This document shows, in pieces, positions 20,905-30,984 of a stretch of DNA of 64,000 nt (position 1 is the first letter of the stretch; each line of letters starts with the position of its first letter). The stretch covers positions 4,774-68,773 of the forward strand of contig JAWXCD010000130.1 in assembly GCA_034440535.1 (NCBI GenBank). Reading direction: 5' to 3'. The notes beneath the pieces are model-generated. The model was not told the DNA's origin, did not search any database, and was given only the letters and a program-made list of their open reading frames with translations. This DNA is from Verrucomicrobiota bacterium (GTDB lineage Bacteria > Verrucomicrobiota > Verrucomicrobiia > JAWXBN01 > JAWXCD01). Position numbers and translations under genes: made by a program.

Positions 20905-21234
20905 ATGGGCACTCAGGTCAATATCTCGGTCAAAGACCTTAAAGCAATGATGGATTCGGGTCAAAAGCTCAGGCTCATCGATGTCCGTGAAAAGGACGAA
21001 TTCGCCGTGGCCAAAATTGAGGGCGCAGAGTTAATCCCCCTCAGCGAATTCGAAAAACGTGCGCTCACAGAATTGGACCAAGATGAACCTATTGTCCTTC
21101 AGTGTCATCACGGTGGACGCTCCATGCAAGCGCTTCAATGGTTGGCTCAAAAAGGTTATAAAAACCTGAACAATCTTGCTGGAGGTATTGACCAGTGGTC
21201 CATTGACATCGACCCAAAGGTACCTCGCTACTAA
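20905..21234 (+). CDS. Rhodanese-domain sulfurtransferase (single domain)
   Basis: Active-site loop LQCHHGGRS with catalytic Cys; about 109 aa. Confidence 0.8.
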   Translation: MGTQVNISVKDLKAMMDSGQKLRLIDVREKDEFAVAKIEGAELIPLSEFEKRALTELDQDEPIVLQCHHGGRSMQALQWLAQKGYKNLNNLAGGIDQWSIDIDPKVPRY

Positions 21235-21245
21235 ATTTATCGCTC

Positions 21246-22277
21246 ATGAAATTCATTGAATCAGTTTACGCTAAACTTCATAGACACCCTAAGAGAATAG
21301 TCTTCCCCGATGGAGAAGAACCTAAAATCATTAGGGCCGCCTCGGAATACACGCGTCTTTTATTGGGACCGGCCATCCTATTGGGTGACCCGGAAAAAAT
21401 TCGAGCGATTGGAAAGGAAGTGGACGCCGATCTTAAACGTGTTCTGGTCATCCAACCAGAACACGCCGCAGACCTTGAACTTTTTGTAAAACGCCTGGAA
21501 ACCGTGCGTCGTTATCAGGGCATGAAATCCGATGAAGCTCGCAAGTTAGTGACCCATTGCGATTATTTTGCCGCGCTCATGATCCAGAACGGCCAAGCCG
21601 ACGGGATAGTGGGTGGGCTTAATCGACCGATGGGCAGTTTGTTGCGCCCTCTTTTTTCGATCGTTAAACCTTTGCCTGGAATCAAGAGTGTTTCGAGTTG
21701 CCTCATCATGCAAACCCCAAACAAGGCATACGGTCACAATGGGGTGTTTTTCATGGCTGACTGCGGAGTCATTCCTGACCCCACGGTTGAGCAACTGGCC
21801 GAAATTGGTCTAGAAACCGCAAGACTCGCGAGGCAATTAACAGGTGAAATGCCTTATGTTGCCTTTCTTTCCTACAGTACCAAAGGCAGCGCCAAAAATA
21901 AAATTACAGATAAAATTGCGGCTGCCACTGCATTAGCCAAACAAAAGGCTAATGAATCGAAGATGGAAGTAGAGATTGACGGAGAATTGGAACTGGAATC
22001 GGCAATTGTTCCGGAGTCAGCAGCCAAATTAAAAGGCAGCCCCGTTGCGGGCAAGGCTAACGTTCTTATTTTTCCTGACCTTAATTCAGGCTGCATCGCC
22101 TCGCAAATGTTGCATCGCCTCGCAAGCGCCGATGTGTTCGGTCAAATCATTCTGGGCCTTGATCGTCCGGCGGCAGATCTATTTCCTGGAGTCACAGTCG
22201 ATGATATCGTTGGCGTATCAGCTATTGTCGGACTTCAGGCCATTGAATATCATCGTCTTTACCCAGACAAATATTAA
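21246..22277 (+). CDS. pta: Phosphate acetyl/butyryl-transferase family protein (short Pta type)
   Basis: About 340 aa PTA_PTB-type sequence with GDPEKIRAIGKE and SRPAADLFPG-type blocks. Confidence 0.75.
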   Translation: MKFIESVYAKLHRHPKRIVFPDGEEPKIIRAASEYTRLLLGPAILLGDPEKIRAIGKEVDADLKRVLVIQPEHAADLELFVKRLETVRRYQGMKSDEARKLVTHCDYFAALMIQNGQADGIVGGLNRPMGSLLRPLFSIVKPLPGIKSVSSCLIMQTPNKAYGHNGVFFMADCGVIPDPTVEQLAEIGLETARLARQLTGEMPYVAFLSYSTKGSAKNKITDKIAAATALAKQKANESKMEVEIDGELELESAIVPESAAKLKGSPVAGKANVLIFPDLNSGCIASQMLHRLASADVFGQIILGLDRPAADLFPGVTVDDIVGVSAIVGLQAIEYHRLYPDKY

Positions 22278-22283
22278 TTCGTT

Positions 22284-22538
22284 ATGCGTAAGGAAATCAA
22301 CTGGCGTACCCGCCGTGAAGACGGCTCATCCTATGAAGTCAGAGTTCATCGTTGGGCCGGCGTTTTTAGGTTCCAATTCAAAGAAAAAGGATCCGCCCTC
22401 TGGAACTTTGACCAACCCCCGACCAAGGAGGATTGGGAAACGCTTCTCGACGCGCTTGAACGTCGTCTCAACCGCAAACAAGCCACCTATGAAGAGATCG
22501 AGGAAGTCAAAAAACGCCTCGAAGATTGGACAGATTAG
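22284..22538 (+). CDS. Small hypothetical protein (84 aa)
   Basis: Starts 7 bp after the pta stop and ends overlapping the hflX stop. Charged, helical C-terminus. Confidence 0.4.
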   Translation: MRKEINWRTRREDGSSYEVRVHRWAGVFRFQFKEKGSALWNFDQPPTKEDWETLLDALERRLNRKQATYEEIEEVKKRLEDWTD

Positions 22539-23842
22539 TCCAGAGTTTGTTTTGGTTTGACCTCTTTGTGCACGACAAATTTTTCCATGCGCGCCGCAAA
22601 CTCAGGCGGAACTTGGGCCTCTAAAAAAATACTCTTTGCCGTGTACCTGCTCTTGAGCACCTTGCCTATGCGATGAATTTCAGCAACTAGACTGCCTTCT
22701 GTGGCTGGGAGCTTTAGGGTAATATTCCGACGCCACATTTTAATCATTTCTTGTACTATTTCTATGAGCTCGTCGACCCCCTTCCCTTGTTTCGCAGAAA
22801 TGACGACGTAACGCGGATACTGGTCTTTGAGAACACCAAGCACCGCACGATCCTCCACCAAATCGCACTTGTTAAACACCATCAATGTCGACTTCTGATG
22901 TGATTCAATCTGGCGCAGAACGTTATCAACAGCTTCAATTTGTTCCAGGCACTGCCGATGACTTGAATCAACCACATGCAATAAAAAATCTGATTCCTGA
23001 ACCTCTTCTAACGTCGCTTTAAAGGCCTCAACAAGGTGTGTCGGTAACTTTCTAATAAACCCGACTGTGTCCGAAAGAAGAACTTTTTGATGGTTTGGCA
23101 TTTTAACCTGACGCGTTGTCGGATCCAATGTGGCAAACAATTGGTCCACCGCGAGCACGTTCGCGCCCGTGAGCTGGTTCATCAATGTCGATTTACCGGC
23201 GTTTGTATAGCCCACCAGTGAAATCACGGGGATGTTGGCCCGCTGACGCCCCCCACGTTGAGTGGCACGTTGTTTTCGAACATCTTCGAGCTCACGCGTG
23301 AGACGACTTATCTTCTCCTGAATACGCCGACGATCGACTTCTAATTGAGTTTCACCAGGACCACGCCCACCGATCCCCCCGGCCTGACGTGATAAATGGA
23401 GCCACATGCGTTTAAGTCTTGGCAGGAGGTACTGTAATTGGGCGAGTTCCACCTGGATTTTACCTTCGCGTGTTCTCGCACGCTGACCAAAGATATCCAG
23501 AATCAGTTCTGTGCGATCAATGACCTTGATTTTAAATAGATCCGATAAGTTGCGGCCCTGGGCGGGGGTTAAATCATCATCGAACACTACTACATTAATC
23601 TCTAAATTTTTGCATAACTTAGATAACTCTTCGGCTTTACCCTTGCCAATAAAATGTGAGGGAGTCGGATGCCCTAATTGTTGGACCGCGCGTTCGATAA
23701 CCTGGGCTCCGGCAGCCACCGCGAGCTCCGCTAGTTCGTCCAAGGATTCTCTCACAGCCCATGGTTCCGTATTTCCATAGGCAAGACCAACGACAAGAAC
23801 TCGTTCAGCGGGTACAGGACTAACGTGGTGGAGTTCGTACAT
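22535..23842 (-). CDS. hflX: GTPase HflX
   Basis: G1 VGYTNAGKST, ATLDPTTR, DTVGF and NKCD GTPase motifs with the HflX N-terminal domain. Confidence 0.9.
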   Translation of the reverse strand: MYELHHVSPVPAERVLVVGLAYGNTEPWAVRESLDELAELAVAAGAQVIERAVQQLGHPTPSHFIGKGKAEELSKLCKNLEINVVVFDDDLTPAQGRNLSDLFKIKVIDRTELILDIFGQRARTREGKIQVELAQLQYLLPRLKRMWLHLSRQAGGIGGRGPGETQLEVDRRRIQEKISRLTRELEDVRKQRATQRGGRQRANIPVISLVGYTNAGKSTLMNQLTGANVLAVDQLFATLDPTTRQVKMPNHQKVLLSDTVGFIRKLPTHLVEAFKATLEEVQESDFLLHVVDSSHRQCLEQIEAVDNVLRQIESHQKSTLMVFNKCDLVEDRAVLGVLKDQYPRYVVISAKQGKGVDELIEIVQEMIKMWRRNITLKLPATEGSLVAEIHRIGKVLKSRYTAKSIFLEAQVPPEFAARMEKFVVHKEVKPKQTLD

Positions 23843-23844
23843 AT

Positions 23845-24747
23845 TTATTGAAACGCATTTTGAGTTAATATTCGGTTGGCAATTTGCTCAGGTGATTCTT
23901 CCCGGCCAACATCGAGAAACGTGGCGGGGTTGTTTTTAAACCAAGTCATTTGCCTTTTCGCAAATTGTCGGGTCCCCGTTTTGATATTGTCTATACACTG
24001 CACCAGAGTGCCGCTTCCATTTAAATATTCCAAGACCTGGCGATATCCTAGGGCCTGACAAGCTGTCGGGTTTGTCTGCATGCCTAAGGCCACCAAAGCT
24101 CGCGTCTCCTCGACCAACCCAGCATCCATCATCTGTTTGACCCGTGAGTTAATTCGTTCCACTAAATCTGCTTTCTCCCGTTGAAGGACGATCATGGTGT
24201 TATCTCTTACCTTTTGTTTCCATTGGGTTCTTAATCCAGCAAGTGCTTGGCCCGTTTGAGAGCAAATCTCGATGCCGCGCACGAGTCGCCGGGGGTTTTG
24301 CCAGTCCGATTCGTTTAAACCGTGCGGACCAAATGCATCGAGCTCCTTCTGTAACTCGTTCAGCGATAGCCGTTCCAATCGCTGCCTCAACTCCGGGTTG
24401 GTTTTAATGCCCTCATGTAGGCCGTACAGTAAAGATTTAATATAAAGTCCTGTTCCTCCTACGATGATCACGGGTTTGTTTTTTTCCTGAGCACCTTTTA
24501 ATACGTCTTCGGCGTATTGGAGCCAACGACCCACGTCGTATGGCTCGATCACGTCCACAAGGTCCAACCCATGATGAAACACCAAACGGCGCTCAAGGGC
24601 ACTTGGCTTAGCTGTGCCAATGTTCATTCCTCGATAGACTTGCATGGAGTCTGCAGAAAGGATTTCTGCCCCTAACTTTTGAGCCAACACCAAAGCAGTA
24701 TCCGACTTTCCCCCAGCGGTGGGGCCTGCAAGAATCAGGGGGTTCAT
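23845..24747 (-). CDS. miaA: tRNA dimethylallyltransferase
   Basis: MNPLILAGPTAGGKSDTALVLAQKLGAEILSADSMQVYRGMNIGTAKP, the canonical MiaA N-terminus. Confidence 0.9.
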   Translation of the reverse strand: MNPLILAGPTAGGKSDTALVLAQKLGAEILSADSMQVYRGMNIGTAKPSALERRLVFHHGLDLVDVIEPYDVGRWLQYAEDVLKGAQEKNKPVIIVGGTGLYIKSLLYGLHEGIKTNPELRQRLERLSLNELQKELDAFGPHGLNESDWQNPRRLVRGIEICSQTGQALAGLRTQWKQKVRDNTMIVLQREKADLVERINSRVKQMMDAGLVEETRALVALGMQTNPTACQALGYRQVLEYLNGSGTLVQCIDNIKTGTRQFAKRQMTWFKNNPATFLDVGREESPEQIANRILTQNAFQ

Positions 24748-27161
24748 TTATCGGCGGGCGGAGTATCCGACGCACAACGGAATCCAATGTAATCCGTGCG
24801 TTCATTTTCTCCATTGGCGTTATCCCTATACGTCATGGGAATCTCGACGGATTTCCAATGACCACCCCTGACAATAGGGACTTTGACACTGGAAATAACC
24901 CGGCTGCTATCAAAGGAAGATGTCCATTCTGCTACATTGCCGGCCATGCCTTTAATTCCAAACGGACTTACGTCGCCTTTTATGAAGTTAACAGGTGACG
25001 TTTGAGCGAATCCGTCCATCCCACCAATGCCGGTCTGGACTGCCATTGCTGAGTCCAACCCAAGGTTCGCGCTTCTCGGCTCAAAAGTGCTTCCCCAAGG
25101 ATACGTGTTTCCACTATTACCTCTAGCCGCTTTTTCCCATTCCTCCTCGGTCGGCAACCGCTTCCCCGCCCATTTGGCGTAGGCGTACGCGTCATACCAA
25201 TCAAGATTAAAAATAGGATGATCCCAATTAATCTTTTGTCCTTTGAAGTTTTTTTGTTCCTTGATGCACAACTTTATAACCTCCCAATCCTTGGGCGTAT
25301 GATTCTTGTTTTTATCGGTCAGCGTGGGTGCTTCATAGGATTCTGTATACTTGCCTTTTGTGGCTTCCATGAACTTAAGATAATCCCCAATCGTTACTTC
25401 AAACTCATCAATGTAAAATGTGGGCAATGATTTCGTGGTACCGTTTTGATAAATAAATTCGCCTTCAGGAACTTTTATCATTTTATTCACCACTGCCTGC
25501 GCAGGAGCTTTGCCCGGTCGAATGATAATAAACGCGGCGATGACCAAAATGAGTAACACCGCAGAGACAATGCCCCCCATGAATAAGTTTCGTTTGACTC
25601 GGCGCTTCTCGTCACTCACCAAATCCAAACCCCGTTGATCCTGTTGAGACAGAGTGAAGACGGTCCTGGGCTTCATGATTTCCTCAACGACACGCGCATC
25701 TTGTTGTAACGCGGCAAGGGAAGAATAACCCCCTTCATTAACCAAGATCATCCGTGCAATCATCATTTGGAGTTGCGGAATTTGACTGGTGGTATTCTGC
25801 TGGGCTTTGTTTAATGCCTGACCCAATTTATTGATTTCATACTGTGGCCCATTGCTTTCATCCGCACCAGTGATCGCGGGATTACACAATTTTACTGACC
25901 CGGTTTTATCCAATAAAATATTTTCAGGGGTTATTTCTTCGTGCGGAATCTGACCACGATGCAGATAGACCAAAGCATTACTGATCTCGGTAATAAGCTT
26001 AAGCACGGTCAAATCGTCGACAGGTTTACCACTAACGATGAGTTCTTTTAACGTAGGCCCAGACAAATACTCCCGAGCATAATAATACAACCCATTTAAC
26101 TCCCCAGCTTCAAAAACCGATGTGATATTCGGATGTGATAACTTAGCCATTGCCGCGGCCCGCGCTAAAAAAGCCTGTATCAGGGAAGGCTCTTCATTTT
26201 CCTTCGACAAAATTTTCAACACGACACGCCGATTCACAGTCGTCTGGATCGCCTCATAAGAATTGCCCCAACGCCCCTTAGCGATCTTCCGGAGTACCTG
26301 AAACGGCCCGACCGTCTGCCCTACGAGGTCATCGGAACTTTTTTGGGCAACAGCACCTTCTCCGCGTTCGTCGCGTAAACGCACTCCTTCCATCACCAAA
26401 TGCTCCCATCCGGAATTCACGGTCTTCTGCTGAGTTGTGGCATTCTCTTCCAACTTAAACCCGCCGTAATCCCACGATATGATTTCGTAAACCGCCCGTT
26501 CACCCTCAAAAATCCCACACACAGCATGTGTAATCGTTCCACCTTTAAGCCAAATATTCCCACTTTGTTGCCCGCGCGAAATTATCATTTTTCCGGTGCG
26601 ATTACTCAAACAACACATTTGAATGATGTCCACCAACTGAAATTGATCGATCTGCCCTGTAAACCCTCGCTTTTCTTCCTCCTCTTGCTGGCGCAGAACC
26701 TTGGTCAGTTTGCCTGTACCCGTTTTGCCTGGTTCGGAATATTTGCCTGGGGACTTTTCCGCTCCTCCACTTAGCGCCCCTACTTGAGCGACATCAAACC
26801 GGGCCAATAGCGCGGAGGCGATCACCTCATGTAATCGCTCATGGTCCAATGGTTTCTCGATCACGACTACACCTTGAGGAACATCTTGCGAGGGCCAATG
26901 GGGCTGGTCATACCCCGTGACCACAACAGCAGGCAAATTCGGCAGGCTTTCTCTTAAGGCGCGTATAAGATCGAACCCCATGATTTCAGGGGTTACGAGA
27001 TCCGTCACAACTAAGTCGATACGCACTTGCGAGAAAATAAGATTGAGCTGTTCAAGGTTCCCTGCTGGATACACTTGATACACCGAATTGGTGGCAACAA
27101 GATCGCAAAGTATTTGCAACGCTTCTGCGTCATCATCAAATATTAAAATGCTCTTTGCCAT
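24744..27161 (-). CDS. Multi-domain signalling protein: receiver – DUF4388-like – Ser/Thr-kinase-like (catalytically degenerate) – TM helix – FGE-sulfatase (SUMF1-like) domain
   Basis: N-terminus ILIFDDD...DLVVTDLVTPEIMGFDLIRAL (receiver). QFQLVDIIQMCCLSNRTGKMII (DUF4388-like). Kinase fold with VVLKILSK but YLHRGQIPHEEITPENILLD (no HRD) and KLCNP in place of DFG. TM LFMGGIVSAVLLILVIAAFIIIRP. C-terminus GNVAEWT...RGGHWKS...YIGFRCA (FGE-sulfatase). Confidence 0.85.
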   Translation of the reverse strand: MAKSILIFDDDAEALQILCDLVATNSVYQVYPAGNLEQLNLIFSQVRIDLVVTDLVTPEIMGFDLIRALRESLPNLPAVVVTGYDQPHWPSQDVPQGVVVIEKPLDHERLHEVIASALLARFDVAQVGALSGGAEKSPGKYSEPGKTGTGKLTKVLRQQEEEEKRGFTGQIDQFQLVDIIQMCCLSNRTGKMIISRGQQSGNIWLKGGTITHAVCGIFEGERAVYEIISWDYGGFKLEENATTQQKTVNSGWEHLVMEGVRLRDERGEGAVAQKSSDDLVGQTVGPFQVLRKIAKGRWGNSYEAIQTTVNRRVVLKILSKENEEPSLIQAFLARAAAMAKLSHPNITSVFEAGELNGLYYYAREYLSGPTLKELIVSGKPVDDLTVLKLITEISNALVYLHRGQIPHEEITPENILLDKTGSVKLCNPAITGADESNGPQYEINKLGQALNKAQQNTTSQIPQLQMMIARMILVNEGGYSSLAALQQDARVVEEIMKPRTVFTLSQQDQRGLDLVSDEKRRVKRNLFMGGIVSAVLLILVIAAFIIIRPGKAPAQAVVNKMIKVPEGEFIYQNGTTKSLPTFYIDEFEVTIGDYLKFMEATKGKYTESYEAPTLTDKNKNHTPKDWEVIKLCIKEQKNFKGQKINWDHPIFNLDWYDAYAYAKWAGKRLPTEEEWEKAARGNSGNTYPWGSTFEPRSANLGLDSAMAVQTGIGGMDGFAQTSPVNFIKGDVSPFGIKGMAGNVAEWTSSFDSSRVISSVKVPIVRGGHWKSVEIPMTYRDNANGENERTDYIGFRCASDTPPADK

Positions 27162-27191
27162 ATAAATAAGAAAAATCCTAGCTATACTAAA

Positions 27192-28166
27192 CTAGGGCGT
27201 CCTTTTTGCGAGAGCTTCAGGGAAAGCGCGATGATCCTGTAACACATTGTTATAAAAAACTTTGACTATATAACCATAAAATATTATCGACTTACCAGCT
27301 TTAGATTGATCTTTTTTTCGCCCTCCTTTGGCTACAATATAACTCGCCAAGAGCGTCTCAGATTCTTCGGCATTCCAGTCTACGGGAGCAGTCACCCATC
27401 CCTTTTCAATTTTAGCAGTCGTCGATACCACAATTTCCTCACCTGCTTTATCGTAAAAATAAATCATTATCTTAACTTTGCTCGGGTCGAGTGCCGCGCC
27501 AACCCTTTTACTTAACTCCACTTTTAGATTCCTCCGCTCCTCAGTTTCCGGATCATTCGCTTTATCCAGATCAATGCTGTTTATCTTTAACCACTCATCT
27601 TCTTTCGGAGGCTGATTCACTGTTCTTAATTTGTCTATGATGGTCAGGTGCTCGCTCGCCACAATAAACTCGGTGGGCGCTGCTTTTTGCCCAAGCGCCA
27701 CTACGTCCTCCCACACCTTCCGCGCTGAGTCATAATCGCCGGATGCCTCATGAATCGCAGCTAGATTTGCCATGGTCGGAGGATGATTCGTCAATACACC
27801 CAAAGCGCGGTTCAAATTAATTTTTGCACCCTCGAAATCACCGGTCCACCTTTGCTGCAACGCCAGTTCGTTTAGGGTATTGACCTGATCAATCTGCCAG
27901 CGTTCCCCGGTGGGCACGGCTTTATTTATCGAAACATTTGGATTAATATTCCCCGGAGCTTCCACCCATTCATTGGTTCCGATTTGAACAGTGTTAATTT
28001 GCGGGGTCATCTGAACGGGCTCTTCCGCTCCTAGAAATTTGTTTCGCAACCACGGAATAAGCCCTAATACCATGCCCTGCAATAACAGTACAACTACAAG
28101 GATTACCAATGAAGAGACAAATATCTTTCCCTTTCTTCGCTGTGATGCTGGGTCATTTGGTGGCAT
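27192..28166 (-). CDS. Membrane-anchored TPR-repeat protein
   Basis: N-terminal TM (IFVSSLVILVVVLLLQGMVLGLIPWL). TPR-like helices (ALQQRWTGDFEGAKINLNRALGV, AAIHEASGDYDSARKVWEDVVALGQ). 30 bp upstream of the fusion gene on the same strand. Confidence 0.6.
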   Translation of the reverse strand: MPPNDPASQRRKGKIFVSSLVILVVVLLLQGMVLGLIPWLRNKFLGAEEPVQMTPQINTVQIGTNEWVEAPGNINPNVSINKAVPTGERWQIDQVNTLNELALQQRWTGDFEGAKINLNRALGVLTNHPPTMANLAAIHEASGDYDSARKVWEDVVALGQKAAPTEFIVASEHLTIIDKLRTVNQPPKEDEWLKINSIDLDKANDPETEERRNLKVELSKRVGAALDPSKVKIMIYFYDKAGEEIVVSTTAKIEKGWVTAPVDWNAEESETLLASYIVAKGGRKKDQSKAGKSIIFYGYIVKVFYNNVLQDHRAFPEALAKRTP

Positions 28167-28259
28167 GAACGAGTCACTTTAGTCCGCGCTTCAAAGGTGT
28201 GTCAACCTTGACTTCAATCTACTCCCCGTTAATATCGCCCCTCCTTTTAAGGTTTATGT

Positions 28260-29903
28260 ATGTCTGAACAGAAATCAACTGATCTCATGGAAAAAATTGT
28301 CTCTCTTTGCAAAAAGAGGGGGTTCATCTTTCAATCGTCGGAAATCTATGGAGGGATCAACGGTTTTTGGGACTACGGCCCCCTTGGTGCTGAGCTCAAA
28401 AAGAACGTTAAAGACTATTGGTGGCGGTGTATGACGCATTTCCGCGAAGATGTCGTCGGGCTCGATGCCACCATCATTATGCACCCCAAAATCTGGCAAG
28501 CCTCGGGGCACGTCGAAACTTTTTGCGATAAAATGGTAGACGATCCGGTGAGTAAAAAAAGATACCGAGCTGACCAAGTGGACGAAATGTCTGGGGTCGT
28601 TTATTTTTATTCAGGCGCAAAATCAGAAACCACTGGCAAAGAAAGTGCCGAGCCTTTCTCTGTCATGGTACCTTTTGGCAAACCTCCAGAAAGCGCACGA
28701 AAGGTCGCCAACCAATATTACGAACAACGGAGCATCGACAAACCTTTGCTCGCAGGGGAACGCTCCGAAAAGGTCGAGCTTTCAACTCTGTACAGCCCCG
28801 ATAGCGGCGCCCGTTTGAGTGATCCTCGTGACTTTAATTTGATGCTTAAAACTTACGTCGGCCCCACGGCTACGGAGGATAACGTCGCGTATTTACGTCC
28901 GGAAACGGCCCAAGCTATTTTTGCACAATTCAAAAACGTAGTGGATACCTCCCGCATGAAGGTACCTTTCGGGATTGCACAAATGGGTAAAGCCTTCCGC
29001 AATGAAGTGACTCCTAAAAATTTCACCTTCCGGTCCCGCGAGTTCGAACAAATGGAACTCGAATTTTTTATCAAGCCGGACGAAATCGTGCTCCAATTGG
29101 CAGGGAACATCGAAGAAGATGTCAATGAGTCAACTCCTCTTCCTAACGAACCTCAACAAAATTGGGGCTGGAAGGCTTGGCACATTTATTGGGTCCAGCA
29201 ACGCCTCAATTGGTACGAATCTATTGGGTTATCTCGCGACTCACTGGTCCTTTACTGGCAAACAGAGACTGAACTGGCTCATTATGCCCGCGCGTGTGTA
29301 GATATTCTCTACAAATTCCCTTTCGGCACCCAAGAGCTTGAAGGGATCGCAGCACGCTCCAACTTTGATCTTACTCAACACCAAAAATTCAGCGGCAAGT
29401 CCATGGAAGTTTTTGACGAGGATGCCAAATCGAAATACCTCGCACATGTGATCGAACCTTCGGCAGGGGCTGATCGCTTGGTCCTCGCTTTGATTTGTCA
29501 GGCCTACGCAGAGGAAGAGGTCACAGACGAAAAAGGAAATAAGGAATCGCGCACGGTATTGCGCTTTCATCCGCGAGTGGCACCTATTAAGGCTGCGGTT
29601 CTTCCGCTGGTCAAAAATAAACCACATCTCCTCGCTAAAGCCCGTGAGGTTCTTAATTTACTCCGCCCACACATGAACGTTTTCTGGGACGAGTCAGGAG
29701 CCATCGGCCGACGTTATAGGCGTCAGGACGAGGCGGGCACGCCTTATTGTATCACAATCGATTTCGAAACCCTTGAGGGCGTCCGCACGGGCGACGAGCT
29801 CGGCGCGATCGATACGGTCACTCTTCGCCATAGGGATTCTATGAAGCAGGAACGGCTGTCGATTAATGAGTTGCTGCCTTTTCTGTTAAATCAGATACGA
29901 TAA
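28260..29903 (+). CDS. glyQS: Glycine--tRNA ligase (alpha2 dimeric type)
   Basis: LCKKRGFIFQSSEIYGGINGFWDYGPLG N-terminus; class-II motifs; C-terminal anticodon-binding domain. 547 aa, so it carries insertions. Confidence 0.9.
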   Translation: MSEQKSTDLMEKIVSLCKKRGFIFQSSEIYGGINGFWDYGPLGAELKKNVKDYWWRCMTHFREDVVGLDATIIMHPKIWQASGHVETFCDKMVDDPVSKKRYRADQVDEMSGVVYFYSGAKSETTGKESAEPFSVMVPFGKPPESARKVANQYYEQRSIDKPLLAGERSEKVELSTLYSPDSGARLSDPRDFNLMLKTYVGPTATEDNVAYLRPETAQAIFAQFKNVVDTSRMKVPFGIAQMGKAFRNEVTPKNFTFRSREFEQMELEFFIKPDEIVLQLAGNIEEDVNESTPLPNEPQQNWGWKAWHIYWVQQRLNWYESIGLSRDSLVLYWQTETELAHYARACVDILYKFPFGTQELEGIAARSNFDLTQHQKFSGKSMEVFDEDAKSKYLAHVIEPSAGADRLVLALICQAYAEEEVTDEKGNKESRTVLRFHPRVAPIKAAVLPLVKNKPHLLAKAREVLNLLRPHMNVFWDESGAIGRRYRRQDEAGTPYCITIDFETLEGVRTGDELGAIDTVTLRHRDSMKQERLSINELLPFLLNQIR

Positions 29904-29909
29904 AAGCTC

Positions 29910-30275
29910 ATGCTCCAAGCTGTCGCTGTGCTTTATTTCGTTTGCTTCCTCGCGCTCAACGTTGCGGGGATCTTTTTATGCTGGAAGGATAAATCAAACT
30001 TCGTATTCATCGTTATCGATTCGTTAGTCGGATTCTGGCTCGCTTACTTTTTTCTGGCCTTTTTCTTTTCTGATCTCGCCACAGGAAATAAATGGCTCGC
30101 CCAAGTTATTTTTGTAGCAGCTGTGGGTTGGGAAATTTACGATACCCCTCGGGAGATCAGGCGTGTCACGACAGATCATGATTTATCAATGCAGGAAAAA
30201 GGACTCTTGCTCGCGGTTTCCACCACTTTTTGCATTCCGGCTTACATCGTGGGCGGGCTGGCGGTCTTCAGGTAA
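29910..30275 (+). CDS. Small integral membrane protein (hypothetical)
   Basis: Three to four hydrophobic helices. Overlaps the GT2 gene 3' end convergently by about 90 bp. Confidence 0.4.
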   Translation: MLQAVAVLYFVCFLALNVAGIFLCWKDKSNFVFIVIDSLVGFWLAYFFLAFFFSDLATGNKWLAQVIFVAAVGWEIYDTPREIRRVTTDHDLSMQEKGLLLAVSTTFCIPAYIVGGLAVFR

Positions 30276-30941
30276 TCGTGGCCCCTCCTTGCTCCGACAG
30301 ATAAATTTCAACCACCGCCAAGTGTCCATAAATACATTAATCTTACTTTTCTCTCCTCCGTAAATAACGGGAATATTCACAAAGCTGATTCCCACTCCCA
30401 ACCTCGCCGATTCCATCAGGAGCTCAGATTCAATTTCAAAATTCCGCGTTTCTAATCGGCATTTTCTCAGAAACCGAGCCGGTAAAAGTCGGAACCCGCA
30501 CTGGCTATCTTTCAACTTTAACCCTGTCATTTGCTCAAGGTGCCAGGACATGATCTTGTTGGTGATCCGACGAACCCACGGTATCGACGAGGCCGCATGA
30601 AATCGATTGCCCACTATTTGATCTGAGGGTCTAATATCAGATTCTTTTATAAAGGCCGGGATCATTGCGGGATCATGTTGACCATCGCCATCCAGAAGAA
30701 TAACCCGATCAGCTCCTCTTTTTAAGGCTATCGCTATTCCTTCGCGAACGGCTATCCCCTTGCCCATTCTTTGAGTAAATGACACCACAAAGGCTTTTTC
30801 TTTGTTCGCAATTTCTGCTGTGCGGTCGCTGGAAAAATCATCAACGACAATGATGTCCTGAACGTGTTGCCGAACTTCTCTCAAAACTTGAGCGAGGGTG
30901 GGTGCTTCGTTCCTAGCAGGTATTATAACAAACGTTGTCAT
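30186..30941 (-). CDS. Family 2 glycosyltransferase (polyprenyl-phosphate sugar transferase-like)
   Basis: FVIIPARNEAPTL...IIVVDDFSSDRTAEIA...VILLDGDGQHDP: GT-A fold with DxD. Confidence 0.8.
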   Translation of the reverse strand: MTTFVIIPARNEAPTLAQVLREVRQHVQDIIVVDDFSSDRTAEIANKEKAFVVSFTQRMGKGIAVREGIAIALKRGADRVILLDGDGQHDPAMIPAFIKESDIRPSDQIVGNRFHAASSIPWVRRITNKIMSWHLEQMTGLKLKDSQCGFRLLPARFLRKCRLETRNFEIESELLMESARLGVGISFVNIPVIYGGEKSKINVFMDTWRWLKFICRSKEGPRLPEDRQPAHDVSRNAKSGGNREQESFFLH

Positions 30942-30984
30942 GAATCCACTGGTCTTTTCTCATTGAAAAAGTTATAACCCATAT

